DNA of 64,000 bases from sequence record NC_061446.1; one strand, written 5' to 3'. The translations under genes were made by a program, and so were the position numbers. Positions 38,455-47,520 of the stretch are shown one piece after another (the first letter of the stretch is position 1; each line of letters begins with the position of its first letter). The notes under the pieces were generated by a model. It searched no databases and was not told the origin of the DNA. It worked only from the letters and a program-made list of their open reading frames with translations.

Positions 38455-39585
38455 TTACTTGCCGCCTTTCATCCAAGAGTTCTGAGCGGCCATACGATCT
38501 ACCTTGTCAAACTTCTGCAAGCGTTTGATGGACGCCTCCAGGCCTTTACGAGCAGACTGCAAGCTGTAGCCAGGCACGGAGCCTCCGCCGTTGCCGCCAA
38601 AGTTAGCGCGACTGTCCCACTTGCCTGTCTTAGGGTTTTTGCTCATGCGATAGCTTGCAGTGCCGAGCTTATACTCGATGCTGTTGCCTTTAACGCGGAA
38701 CTTACCTTTGGTGACACCGCCCTTCTCGATAAGGCTCTTAACGATGTTGGCGATCTCTTTAGAAGCAGGAGCGTGATCGTGTGCTTCGATACTAACTTTG
38801 GTGCCCGGCACACGCTTAGTAGTGAAGCTATCAAGCGCTACGTTACCGAGCTTTTTAACTTCTTTGTCTGGATTACCTTTCAGTGCTTCATCTAACGTCG
38901 ATGCTTTCTTCTTTGTCTTGGAAGTGAGCCCAAGATCGTTAGCGCGTTTTTCTTTCAGTGCTTTCGCTTTGGCTGGCGTGTGTGCTCCAGTGATAGCACC
39001 TTTCATTTTCTTAACAGGAGCTTTAGCGGCAGCTTTGGTTGTGGTCTTGCTGCCCAGCGCGTCGAAAGCGGCTTCTTTAACAAACTTAGGCTTGAATGCA
39101 CCACGCTTACCAGTAACGCCAAATTCAGTCAACTTGGTAGAGCGCACCGCTTTAATTGCTTTGGTCAGACCGGGATCGACCAGCACAATGTCAGTTGCAG
39201 ACAGAGGAAGATTCAAACCACCCAGACCGTGTTTCTTCGCATGGGAGTTTGCTTCTTTGATCAGAGTTTTAGCTTCCTTGATCAAAGTCTTGCCTTTAGC
39301 CTTGTCCTCTTTGGCGGCTCGTTGAGCATTCAGCTTATTTGGGCCTTTTGGACTTTTACCAGCCACAGCAGAGGCCTTTGCCGCATTAGTATAGTATTTC
39401 ATACCAGCAACAGCGGCAGTTTTAGCTTTCTTCAACAGACCAAGAACAGCTTGCAGTTCTGCTTTCTTCGCAGAGTTAACAACCAAAGTCTGAACGCCGC
39501 CGACTTTAGCGATCTTGTATGAAGGTTTCTTTGCAGCAGACTCGGACGCAACAGTCTGCCCAACATTGATTTTGATAAGTGCCAT
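38455..39585 (-). CDS. Lys/Ala-rich basic protein with N-terminal ASESA
   Basis: 376-aa ORF with GAGGA RBS. Confidence 0.75.
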   Translation of the reverse strand: MALIKINVGQTVASESAAKKPSYKIAKVGGVQTLVVNSAKKAELQAVLGLLKKAKTAAVAGMKYYTNAAKASAVAGKSPKGPNKLNAQRAAKEDKAKGKTLIKEAKTLIKEANSHAKKHGLGGLNLPLSATDIVLVDPGLTKAIKAVRSTKLTEFGVTGKRGAFKPKFVKEAAFDALGSKTTTKAAAKAPVKKMKGAITGAHTPAKAKALKEKRANDLGLTSKTKKKASTLDEALKGNPDKEVKKLGNVALDSFTTKRVPGTKVSIEAHDHAPASKEIANIVKSLIEKGGVTKGKFRVKGNSIEYKLGTASYRMSKNPKTGKWDSRANFGGNGGGSVPGYSLQSARKGLEASIKRLQKFDKVDRMAAQNSWMKGGK

Positions 39586-39594
39586 TTGGGTTCC

Positions 39595-40197
39595 TCAAAC
39601 CAGGGCTCTGCCTGGGAGATCGAAGTTTTTACCTGCCGAGTAATCACCCAGCGCCTGATATAGTGAGTCACGCAGCATTTGCTGAATGATATCCGAGTTG
39701 TGTGCCGAAGCGTCTTTGAAAGCAACCTCGATCGATTCATTCCTTGGATTCAATACAGCATAACGCAAGGGGCAGATCTTTTGCGCTTCACACCACGCGT
39801 CGATTCTGATTTGCAGGTCAGGTGTGATTGGAATACGGAAGTCTGACAGTTGAAACACAACGCTCTGGATAGGAGGAGGTGACGACTCTGACTTAACAGT
39901 GTCAGTGCCCAGCTTCTCCATAGCCATCGCCGCGTTGTACACGGAGGAGAACTTGGTCTTCAACGTGTTTGTTTCGACGAGCTTATAGCTATTCGCCGCA
40001 AGCCCTTGACGACGCAACTTGGCAATCTTAACAACATAATCACCAGAGTCGTCAGAAGCAAATGCAACGTAAGCGTAGAACGCGAAGCCAGACGCTTCAC
40101 GCAGCAACTTATGATCTAAGGCACGGTCGCCTATGATAACATTCAGTTGTTGCAGACCCATCTGGACTTCGCGTGACAGTGAAACGTAGATTTGCAT
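39595..40197 (-). CDS. Hypothetical protein with N-terminal MQIYVSLS
   Basis: 200-aa ORF coupled to the upstream gene (TAATG). Confidence 0.7.
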   Translation of the reverse strand: MQIYVSLSREVQMGLQQLNVIIGDRALDHKLLREASGFAFYAYVAFASDDSGDYVVKIAKLRRQGLAANSYKLVETNTLKTKFSSVYNAAMAMEKLGTDTVKSESSPPPIQSVVFQLSDFRIPITPDLQIRIDAWCEAQKICPLRYAVLNPRNESIEVAFKDASAHNSDIIQQMLRDSLYQALGDYSAGKNFDLPGRALV

Positions 40198-40535
40198 TAG
40201 CGCAGACGAGCGAGAGCCTGTTTAGCTTTTGCCAGAGTCTGTTCGTAGTTCGCTTCGTCGTCGAACTCAGGCTCCATGCGGATCTCGATGCCAGAGATAT
40301 TGAAGCCGACATCTTCGTCTTCATCTTTGGTCACCATACCGAAACGCGCAACGCCGTTTTTGTAGCTGATGAAACGGAAGTCGAGAATATCTTCCGGACC
40401 ACCCAGGTCAGACGGCATACCGTCGTCCAGCAGATCGAAGAACTCTTTCTTCGTCAGTTTGCTGAACACGGCATTGATAGCAGAGGCAGATTCGGACTTA
40501 ACAGCTTCTTCCAGATTCAGTTTGATAAGGGACAT
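40197..40535 (-). CDS. Acidic hypothetical protein with N-terminal KSESA
   Basis: 112-aa ORF with GGAG RBS. Confidence 0.7.
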   Translation of the reverse strand: MSLIKLNLEEAVKSESASAINAVFSKLTKKEFFDLLDDGMPSDLGGPEDILDFRFISYKNGVARFGMVTKDEDEDVGFNISGIEIRMEPEFDDEANYEQTLAKAKQALARLR

Positions 40536-40537
40536 GG

Positions 40538-41110
40538 TTAGTGTACTCCAACTTGTTTAGTGATTGTGATAACACGCTGGTACCAACCATAGATGTTATC
40601 TTCCTGAGTTTCATCTGCCTTTGCAATGTTCTTCAACTTCGCAATACGGCAGCCGTTATAGGCATAAGCCAATACTTTAATGTCGCGTACTTTGACGTAA
40701 GCGGCAAGAGCAGCCAGCGTCTTCGGACCAACATTCGCAGCAGGAGTAAAGTCAGGGTAGAGTTTACCACGACCATTCAAGATGTTCAGTTGGTCTTGCA
40801 GTTCAGCGATTGCTGCTGGTGGGCCTGAATTAACAGCGTAGTCGAATACCCACAGTGCCAACTCTTGGCTGTACTTCGCAATTTCATCACACTTGCAGAA
40901 GTCCCAGAAGTTGGCGCTGTAGATCTTATACGCAATCTCATAAGGCAGGTCTTGCATCGCACCCTTGTAACCATAGGCGCGAGCGTTCTTTTCAGTGACG
41001 CCCCAACGAGTAGGACCGCCACGGTCAGCAGCACGGTTAGTGTACTTCGAGCCACCTTCGCGATCAATAACCTCAGCGATGGCGTTCTTTCTAAACGTCA
41101 ATGCGTCCAT
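40538..41110 (-). CDS. Glycoside hydrolase family 108 lysozyme with C-terminal PG-binding domain
   Basis: REGG catalytic motif, DRGGPTRWGVT, FDYAVNSGP and C-terminal YGWYQR. Confidence 0.9.
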   Translation of the reverse strand: MDALTFRKNAIAEVIDREGGSKYTNRAADRGGPTRWGVTEKNARAYGYKGAMQDLPYEIAYKIYSANFWDFCKCDEIAKYSQELALWVFDYAVNSGPPAAIAELQDQLNILNGRGKLYPDFTPAANVGPKTLAALAAYVKVRDIKVLAYAYNGCRIAKLKNIAKADETQEDNIYGWYQRVITITKQVGVH

Positions 41111-41136
41111 AATAAAGCCCTCTGTTAGACAGATTA

Positions 41137-41143
41137 AAATTAG
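41137..41143 (-). promoter_or_regulatory. Class 2 motif CTAATTT
   Basis: Intergenic, upstream of the GH108 gene. Confidence 0.55.
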
Positions 41144-41145
41144 CG

Positions 41146-41988
41146 TTAGATGAACAAGTTTGTCTCTTTGAAGCGCATCTTAGGTCGAGTGCCCGGCGTA
41201 GCGTTGACTGCATGAAAATCGTTTGAGTCTAGCTTACAAAAGGCACGAAACTCTTTCAGATAACAAAACGCCTTATCAAGCACAACACTTTCATCATCAC
41301 CTGTTTGCGTCTGAGAGAACACGCCATCATACGATGGGAAAGAAATGCCTGGCTGCCCATTTGAACCTGATGCTCTTGCAGATATAGGAGTAGCCATCAT
41401 AGTGTACGGGTAGTTAGGAGTTTCGGTTGCCCGAAAAGTAGCAAACGTACACACGCCAGTACCACCAGCAGCAGAACAGGAACCAGAAGCATTCTCCCCT
41501 GTCTCTTTTGCATAGAGAGTGGTGAGTGTCCCTGTAGCATACTGACCATATGGACAGTTGCCATCATGCAAATTCATTGGAGGCATTAGAATCGGCTGAT
41601 TGCTCTGCATTCCAGTTGTCAGGAACACGGTCACATTGCCGCTCGCATTAAGGAACGAGTAAGACTGAGATTCCGCAATACTGGAGTTGCCGCTGAGTCC
41701 TTTACTTGTGTCCTGCTGAACAATGTCCGTGTCGTTATTCAGAGTCACCGGACTTCCGTACATATACTTCAAACAGGTGAAGTGATATTTGCCTGACTTA
41801 CGACCACGAACTGGATTTAAGAATCCGTTGAAGCCAAGAACAGCGCGAGCTTTACGTGCAAGCGCATTTGCTTTTGGCATATCGGTAATTGTGGAGAAGT
41901 CGGAAGACTCTCGGCTATCGTAGAGAAAAACATTAGGATTCGTGGGTGAAGGCCCACCCAACCCAAAGAACGAGGATATGTACTGCAT
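41146..41988 (-). CDS. Hypothetical protein, paralog of 36869-37720
   Basis: MQYISSF, LNPVRGRKSGKYHFTCLKY and PGTRP; GAGG RBS. Confidence 0.75.
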   Translation of the reverse strand: MQYISSFFGLGGPSPTNPNVFLYDSRESSDFSTITDMPKANALARKARAVLGFNGFLNPVRGRKSGKYHFTCLKYMYGSPVTLNNDTDIVQQDTSKGLSGNSSIAESQSYSFLNASGNVTVFLTTGMQSNQPILMPPMNLHDGNCPYGQYATGTLTTLYAKETGENASGSCSAAGGTGVCTFATFRATETPNYPYTMMATPISARASGSNGQPGISFPSYDGVFSQTQTGDDESVVLDKAFCYLKEFRAFCKLDSNDFHAVNATPGTRPKMRFKETNLFI

Positions 41989-42036
41989 GATTTCTACCTC
42001 AGGTAGGTTGTTAACAAGGTGCTACGCTCTAAGGTA

Positions 42037-42043
42037 AAATTAG
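42037..42043 (-). promoter_or_regulatory. Class 2 motif CTAATTT
   Basis: Just downstream of a terminator, upstream of 41988. Confidence 0.55.
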
Positions 42044-42056
42044 TGCCAAGATCGAC

Positions 42057-42076
42057 AAAAGGGGCCGAAGCCCCTT
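42057..42076 (-). terminator. Intrinsic terminator
   Basis: GGGGC-TTCG-GCCCC plus TTTT. Confidence 0.8.
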
Positions 42077-42425
42077 AGAATGTCCAACGTGTTGACCAAG
42101 CGATTAAGCCTGAGAGAATACCAATGTGAGACAGATACGCATACTGCAACACGTAACCCTTTACGTAGTGTTTGAGTCCACCAGCATACATCCCATCATA
42201 AACGGCAGCTATTATGGTGAACGACATTACGTAGGTGAATACGTGCCACTTGGTCATCTCCATCACCTCGTAACAGAACACAATCAGAAAGATAGCTACG
42301 GTCATGAGGTATACAGTGCGTTTGATTTCCGTCAGGTTAATACAGAGAACAACAGGACGTATCAGAAACGCAGCGAGTATCGACACCCAGATTAACGTTT
42401 CGTAATCGGTTGACATATTAGACAC
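42075..42425 (-). CDS. Small membrane protein
   Basis: 116 aa with about four hydrophobic segments. Confidence 0.65.
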   Translation of the reverse strand: MSNMSTDYETLIWVSILAAFLIRPVVLCINLTEIKRTVYLMTVAIFLIVFCYEVMEMTKWHVFTYVMSFTIIAAVYDGMYAGGLKHYVKGYVLQYAYLSHIGILSGLIAWSTRWTF

Positions 42426-43131
42426 CCTGATTGGCGAGATAGGTATCGGTGATATTCGAGGTCTTCTCTACGTTACCGCGAATGTAACCTATCTCGAACA
42501 CCTGAACGTTGTGTTTGACAACAGCTTCACCAACTGTCTCACACGCACCGCTATTCAGATCAAGGAAGGCCTGACACAAACGTTCTGCTACAGGCTTGGC
42601 CAAGATCTTCATCAGCGTATGCTTTTGGATTGCAGTCAGCTTGATAGGCAGCGCGTCAATCTCACGCTCGATGTTCTTACGTCCGCCGTGATAAATCCAG
42701 CGACAGATAGTTGCAGTCAAAGGCTTCTGGTGAGTCTTCGAGGGCAACGTGTAGATGTACGTCATCAGACGATAGAACAGGCTGCCGTCGATTGCACGTT
42801 TCTTGAGGTCATCAAGATACTTACCAACAGGACTCAGCTTACCTTTCTGTGGCTCCATCTGATCGAGTTTGAGATCAACATCAAGCCCGTAACGACGCAG
42901 CGTTTCAGAATGTCCAAACACAAACACAATGTGTTCGGGCATATCACGAATAGCAACAGCATTACGGCTATACTCTTTCTCGCCGACAACGAACATGTAC
43001 TTACGGTATTTCTTGGATGGGTCAATGACACCACCAAGTGGAACGAAGGTCACACGATCAGCCTGACCTTTCTTTCTCAGCCAGCCCAGCACTTGCTCTG
43101 GGCTTTGCCGCGTTACTGCGATTACAGGCAT
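42418..43131 (-). CDS. Hypothetical protein
   Basis: 237-aa ORF in the SbcC operon. Confidence 0.7.
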   Translation of the reverse strand: MPVIAVTRQSPEQVLGWLRKKGQADRVTFVPLGGVIDPSKKYRKYMFVVGEKEYSRNAVAIRDMPEHIVFVFGHSETLRRYGLDVDLKLDQMEPQKGKLSPVGKYLDDLKKRAIDGSLFYRLMTYIYTLPSKTHQKPLTATICRWIYHGGRKNIEREIDALPIKLTAIQKHTLMKILAKPVAERLCQAFLDLNSGACETVGEAVVKHNVQVFEIGYIRGNVEKTSNITDTYLANQGV

Positions 43132-43133
43132 CG

Positions 43134-43457
43134 TTACTCCACCGTATTAAGGGCTTGTGCCGTGTACTCACGCAGAGTACGTTCGATGTTTGAGGCCAGC
43201 GTCGGGTGACAGATAAGCTGGTGGTCTTTCATGTACACACGCAGCGAAGGACGCATCACCCTGCGAACCTGTGGATAGATACCGAAGATTTTATGCAGAG
43301 GAGTCTTGTAGTAAAACTCCTCCTGCTCGTCCATGCAGTTAATGTTTGCCACAACTTCGTACTTGGCAAAGATAGCTGGATTGCGATTGATATACGCAGG
43401 TTCAATCGGCACACTGCCTTTCTCGTGATCGCTATTTAACTGACCGAAGATCATCAC
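43134..43457 (-). CDS. Hypothetical protein
   Basis: 107-aa ORF overlapping the SbcC stop by 4 nt. Confidence 0.65.
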   Translation of the reverse strand: MMIFGQLNSDHEKGSVPIEPAYINRNPAIFAKYEVVANINCMDEQEEFYYKTPLHKIFGIYPQVRRVMRPSLRVYMKDHQLICHPTLASNIERTLREYTAQALNTVE

Positions 43458-45784
43458 ATTACCTTACGCGTTAACTTAGACACACCACCTTGCTTGGTGA
43501 TAGTCCATTGGTTGTCAGAGAAGTGCTCAACGTCCAGAGGGGTAATCCAGTAGACGTTAGGAATGATTTGCTTGAGAATCGGTAGGAAGTTCTTCACGAT
43601 ATGATCGCGTGTCGCATCACTACAGGAGTTCTCAGGTTCATCGAGCACAATAAAGTTTGTACGTCGATTAGCAGGAATGAATGGCATGATCGCTACAGCA
43701 AACAGCAGACGGAAACAGTTTGTCTCTGCACCACTCATGATTGCAATGTCCGTTGTCTTCTTCGACACCAGACGGGTAACGGTTGCACCAACACCCTGCT
43801 TGGTAGTAAACAGTTCGAAGTGCATCGGCTCAGGGAACACCAGACCAGAGTATTCGTTCAGCTTCTTCTCAATCTGTTTGATACGGCCTTCAACCGCTTT
43901 CAGTTTAAGAGCATTGTTGCTGTATGCCTTATACAGGACTTCGAATACTTTGCGCTTGTCGATCAGCGGTTGCAGGTCTGCGAGCTTGCTGCGAAGTTCA
44001 CGTAACGTTTCTTCGTAGTGTTCGTGCTCCTGAATGCGCATCTGGATGTTCTGTGCCTTACGCTCCTTCTTCTCAATGTCTGCGATCAGCTTTTCAACTT
44101 CGGCGCTAACCTTTTTGTACTCACCGTCGATCAGATAGAACTCACGGTCAGGCTTACCAACGCCTTTGATTGCAGCACGAAGGTCTTTCAGAATCTCAAG
44201 GTCCTTGATTCGGTTCTTGATTGTCTTACGGGCTTTCTTAGGCTGCTTAACCGCTTTAGGCTTCTTGAGAGCATCACGCTTGGCCACCAGCTTCTCGTAC
44301 TTCTTCGCTGTCTCGAACTGTTCTTCGATTTCATCCAGCTTAGTGCCGATTGCCTTGAGTTGCTTTTCAAGGTCTTTGCGTTTATGCTTCGGCTTCTTGA
44401 CCTTCTCTGCCTGCAATTCAGTGAGCTGGTCATTCAGCTTGTAGTAGTCAAGAGCTTCGATACACTCGTCAATGATCGACTGAGCTTTCGTTGCAGCGCG
44501 GGCCATAGCTTTCAGGTCAACATCTTGTCCACAGGTAGGGCATGAGTTGCCGTCGTGATCGTGTTCCTGAAACGCACGATACGCCTGAACTATTGCTTTG
44601 GATTCTGCGCGGGCATCTTGTGCCTCTTCCTGAGTTCGTTTAGGAGCTTTGAGCTTAGACAGCTTTTTACTGAGCTTGTCCACGGCTTCTCGCCAGTCGT
44701 CGTACTCTTCCTGTTGTTCATCGACTTTCTCCAGTAACGCTTCGAGGCTCTCTTCCTCTTTTACCAGTGCTCCGTGCTTCTTACGCAGCTTCTTGTTGTC
44801 AAGCGCCGCAACGTCACCGAGTGCTTTGATTTTCTTTTTGACTTCGGATAGCTCGGTCTGATATTCGTCCAGTGCTTCCACAAAGTCATCGTAACGGTCA
44901 TGCTCGATCAACAGACCACGTAAGGTATTCAGTTCACCTTTGAGGTCGTCCGTCTCGATGCCTAACGTGTCGAGTTCATGCTTGAGCTTCTCATACTTCT
45001 TCGCGGTTGTGCGCTGAGTACCGAGTTCAATCAGGAGTTCCGACAGTTCGTTACGTTTGGCCTTCATCTTATCCGACTGCTTGATGATTGCAGCCAGCGT
45101 GTTCTTTTCTTCGGCGTGAATAGACAGCGCGTTTTGTTTACGCTGAGTAACGTCCAGCATGTCCGCCAGACCTTTAGATTCTGTCTCGGCATCTTTAGCC
45201 AAGTCCAGTTTCTTCTTCAACGCCGCACGGATGTTATCGAACACATCCAGATTGAATAACGAGGTCAGGTACTTTAAACGATCAGCAGGTTGCGCACGTT
45301 GGAAGGGATGCGGTATCTGCGACTGAATGTAGGCATAGCTGTAGAACTCGTCTTTCGACAACGGCCAATGCTTTGAGATCCACGAACGCGCTACGTCCTG
45401 ACGACCGACCTTCTGGTCTTCACCGTTGTAGTAAACTTTATAGCTCTTGGCTGTTTGCTCGATACGAACAATACCGCCCAACGGAGATTCCCATGACAGA
45501 TCGATAACGCTGCCCTTACTGAGCATGTTACCCTTGTCTTTCTTTTTCAGAGCAAGAGGGTCAGCTTCGTAGAGCAGCGTAGGTATTGCACCGAACAGGA
45601 GACTTTTGCCTACGCCGTTCGTATTGTCTTTAACGTTTGGACTGTCGAGGTTTCTGCCGCAGATAGTTGCGAAGCCTTCACTGTCCAATGTGTCAATATC
45701 AAGTTCTTTGTACACGCCAACATCGCGGAGATGAATCTCTTTTAATCCGATGCCGTGGTTCTGCTTTTGCTTCGCTTTGGCCAT
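43454..45784 (-). CDS. sbcC: SbcC/Rad50-like ATPase
   Basis: Walker A NGVGKS, long coiled coil, Zn hook CPTCGQ, signature MSGAE, Walker B IVLDE. Confidence 0.9.
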   Translation of the reverse strand: MAKAKQKQNHGIGLKEIHLRDVGVYKELDIDTLDSEGFATICGRNLDSPNVKDNTNGVGKSLLFGAIPTLLYEADPLALKKKDKGNMLSKGSVIDLSWESPLGGIVRIEQTAKSYKVYYNGEDQKVGRQDVARSWISKHWPLSKDEFYSYAYIQSQIPHPFQRAQPADRLKYLTSLFNLDVFDNIRAALKKKLDLAKDAETESKGLADMLDVTQRKQNALSIHAEEKNTLAAIIKQSDKMKAKRNELSELLIELGTQRTTAKKYEKLKHELDTLGIETDDLKGELNTLRGLLIEHDRYDDFVEALDEYQTELSEVKKKIKALGDVAALDNKKLRKKHGALVKEEESLEALLEKVDEQQEEYDDWREAVDKLSKKLSKLKAPKRTQEEAQDARAESKAIVQAYRAFQEHDHDGNSCPTCGQDVDLKAMARAATKAQSIIDECIEALDYYKLNDQLTELQAEKVKKPKHKRKDLEKQLKAIGTKLDEIEEQFETAKKYEKLVAKRDALKKPKAVKQPKKARKTIKNRIKDLEILKDLRAAIKGVGKPDREFYLIDGEYKKVSAEVEKLIADIEKKERKAQNIQMRIQEHEHYEETLRELRSKLADLQPLIDKRKVFEVLYKAYSNNALKLKAVEGRIKQIEKKLNEYSGLVFPEPMHFELFTTKQGVGATVTRLVSKKTTDIAIMSGAETNCFRLLFAVAIMPFIPANRRTNFIVLDEPENSCSDATRDHIVKNFLPILKQIIPNVYWITPLDVEHFSDNQWTITKQGGVSKLTRKVM

Positions 45785-45987
45785 TAGATATACTCGAATG
45801 CTTCTTCCTGAATAAGACCTTTACCGTGAATCTGCTCGAACACTTCGATCTCGTCATCGGTATACGGCTCGGCTGCTTCTGCAATCACATCGTAACTGAC
45901 AGATTCGTCTTTGCGGCCTTCACCGTAGTAATGAACAGGCTTGACGATGCGCCAGACAGGGACTTGTATTAGTTCGCGCTCTAACAT
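45784..45987 (-). CDS. Small hypothetical protein
   Basis: 67 aa, TAATG-coupled on both sides. Confidence 0.65.
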   Translation of the reverse strand: MLERELIQVPVWRIVKPVHYYGEGRKDESVSYDVIAEAAEPYTDDEIEVFEQIHGKGLIQEEAFEYI

Positions 45988-46196
45988 TAGTGGAATACCG
46001 CAGTTGGTTCAACCCACAATTCAGCAGCATTATACTTTTTACGCAGCTCGTTCAGTACGGTATCAGACACAGGGCTGGTGGACGAGAAGATACACTGAGG
46101 CACTTTCTCTTCCTGACCTGTTACCGGATTAATATCGTGGTCGTGACGCATTACGTTCCAGCGTTTGTTTACGCGGATATTGATAGTGTGTTCCAT
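45987..46196 (-). CDS. Small hypothetical protein
   Basis: 69 aa; first gene after a CTGTAAATA motif. Confidence 0.65.
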   Translation of the reverse strand: MEHTINIRVNKRWNVMRHDHDINPVTGQEEKVPQCIFSSTSPVSDTVLNELRKKYNAAELWVEPTAVFH

Positions 46197-46232
46197 AGTT
46201 GTATGCCCAGGTTTGGTATGAAAGATACTGCT

Positions 46233-46241
46233 TATTTACAG
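46233..46241 (-). promoter_or_regulatory. Class 1 motif CTGTAAATA
   Basis: Exact copy heading the sbcC operon. Confidence 0.7.
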
Positions 46242-46293
46242 TTTCTAGGCGTATAGACAAAAAGAAGGGCCACCAGCAATGGCAGCCCTGTCT

Positions 46294-46743
46294 TTAGTAG
46301 CGTCTTGGTTTCTTTGGCTTCTTAATCTTGGTGGACTTAGGACGCTTGATACGCTGCAAGGCCTTACGTGCCTCAGCAATCTGACCAGACAGAGTAGCGC
46401 GTTGTTTCTTCACGGCATCTGTATCTTGGTCAGTGCCTTTCAGTTTATCAAGGCGGTTCCACTCTTTGACCAAACGATCAACGACAGCAGCACGACTAAC
46501 ACGTTGCTGGTTGGTACGCACAATATCCTGCTGCGTCTTTACCGAGCGTTGCGCTTCTAATACTTTGGCACGTCCTGACTCAATGCCTTTCGTATCACCG
46601 TCAGACTGTTTTTCGTTGAGCGTCTTACGTGCGACGGTTGCTCTGCGTTGTGCTCCTTTCAGATCATCACGCGAGTTCTCTAAACTGACTTTCGTTTCTT
46701 CAAGTGGGCTGGTACGCGCACTCAAGCTAATGAGGATTTTCAT
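46294..46743 (-). CDS. Basic coiled-coil protein with N-terminal MKILISLSA
   Basis: 149 aa, GGAG RBS, Lys-rich tail. Confidence 0.7.
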   Translation of the reverse strand: MKILISLSARTSPLEETKVSLENSRDDLKGAQRRATVARKTLNEKQSDGDTKGIESGRAKVLEAQRSVKTQQDIVRTNQQRVSRAAVVDRLVKEWNRLDKLKGTDQDTDAVKKQRATLSGQIAEARKALQRIKRPKSTKIKKPKKPRRY

Positions 46744-46759
46744 AACGGCTCCAGAAATG

Positions 46760-46786
46760 AAAAAGGGCAGCCGAAGCCACCCTTTT
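46760..46786 (-). terminator. Intrinsic terminator (conserved type)
   Basis: GGGTGGC-TTCG-GCTGCCC plus TTTTT. Confidence 0.75.
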
Positions 46787-46874
46787 GTAGAATGGCGCGC
46801 TATGCACCCGACTGTTAAGTCTACTACGGTTATTTTACCTCGCAGTAGTCAGCGAGGAGATTGGGATCACCTCC

Positions 46875-47411
46875 TCATGCTGATTGAAGATCGACAACTT
46901 CCTCGTCTTCTATATCAGCGGCAGACCACGAACGAAGCACGGACGCATTGCCGCGATTGCCTGTCAGCATAGTACGCACTGCTGGTTTGGCATCGCGCTC
47001 TGCATAGTAGTTGCTAAGAGCGTTCTCATTAGCGAACCACAAAATGGAGTGACCACCTTTCGGGCAGATCAGGAATTGTGCTGGACGCTGCGGAACGTTC
47101 AACGTCATATAAAAATCACCAGCACCAGTAGGACCCATCATAGGCATGGGTTTCATGATCTGCATAAAATCGTTGGCATCTTTAAGGCGAGTATCGCCTA
47201 ACAGCCAGAGAGCACCTTCTTCACCTTCACGCACGGCAGACAATGTGCCTTTGCGAGTAGTGATTGAACCGAATACATCCTGATCAAATCGAGCCAGACC
47301 AAAGATAAGCGATGCGAGTTTCTTCAAATCAGGAGTGGTGCATGGGCTATCAATTTTCGCCATGCCCTCAGACCCAACTGTAATCTTCGAGAGTGATACA
47401 AAGATTTCCAT
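46875..47411 (-). CDS. Hypothetical protein with N-terminal MEIFVSLS
   Basis: 178 aa with an ATAATTT motif upstream. Confidence 0.7.
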   Translation of the reverse strand: MEIFVSLSKITVGSEGMAKIDSPCTTPDLKKLASLIFGLARFDQDVFGSITTRKGTLSAVREGEEGALWLLGDTRLKDANDFMQIMKPMPMMGPTGAGDFYMTLNVPQRPAQFLICPKGGHSILWFANENALSNYYAERDAKPAVRTMLTGNRGNASVLRSWSAADIEDEEVVDLQSA

Positions 47412-47447
47412 TATTGTCTTCCAGAGCTGTATGATTAATTGTAGTTA

Positions 47448-47454
47448 AAATTAT
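47448..47454 (-). promoter_or_regulatory. Class 2 motif ATAATTT
   Basis: Just downstream of a terminator, upstream of 47411. Confidence 0.5.
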
Positions 47455-47478
47455 CGTTCAGTCAGACATTTCTGAAAT

Positions 47479-47510
47479 AAAAATGGGCAGCACTTTGGCC
47501 ACCCATTTTT
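47479..47510. terminator. Terminator after the clamp loader gene
   Basis: AAAAATGGG...CCCATTTTT symmetric hairpin. Confidence 0.7.
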
Positions 47511-47520
47511 CACTTATTTA

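Noticed and set aside
42075-42425. Holin call for the membrane protein near GH108
   Set aside because: It ends an SbcC operon and is separated from the lysozyme by a terminator and another gene; hydrophobicity alone is insufficient.
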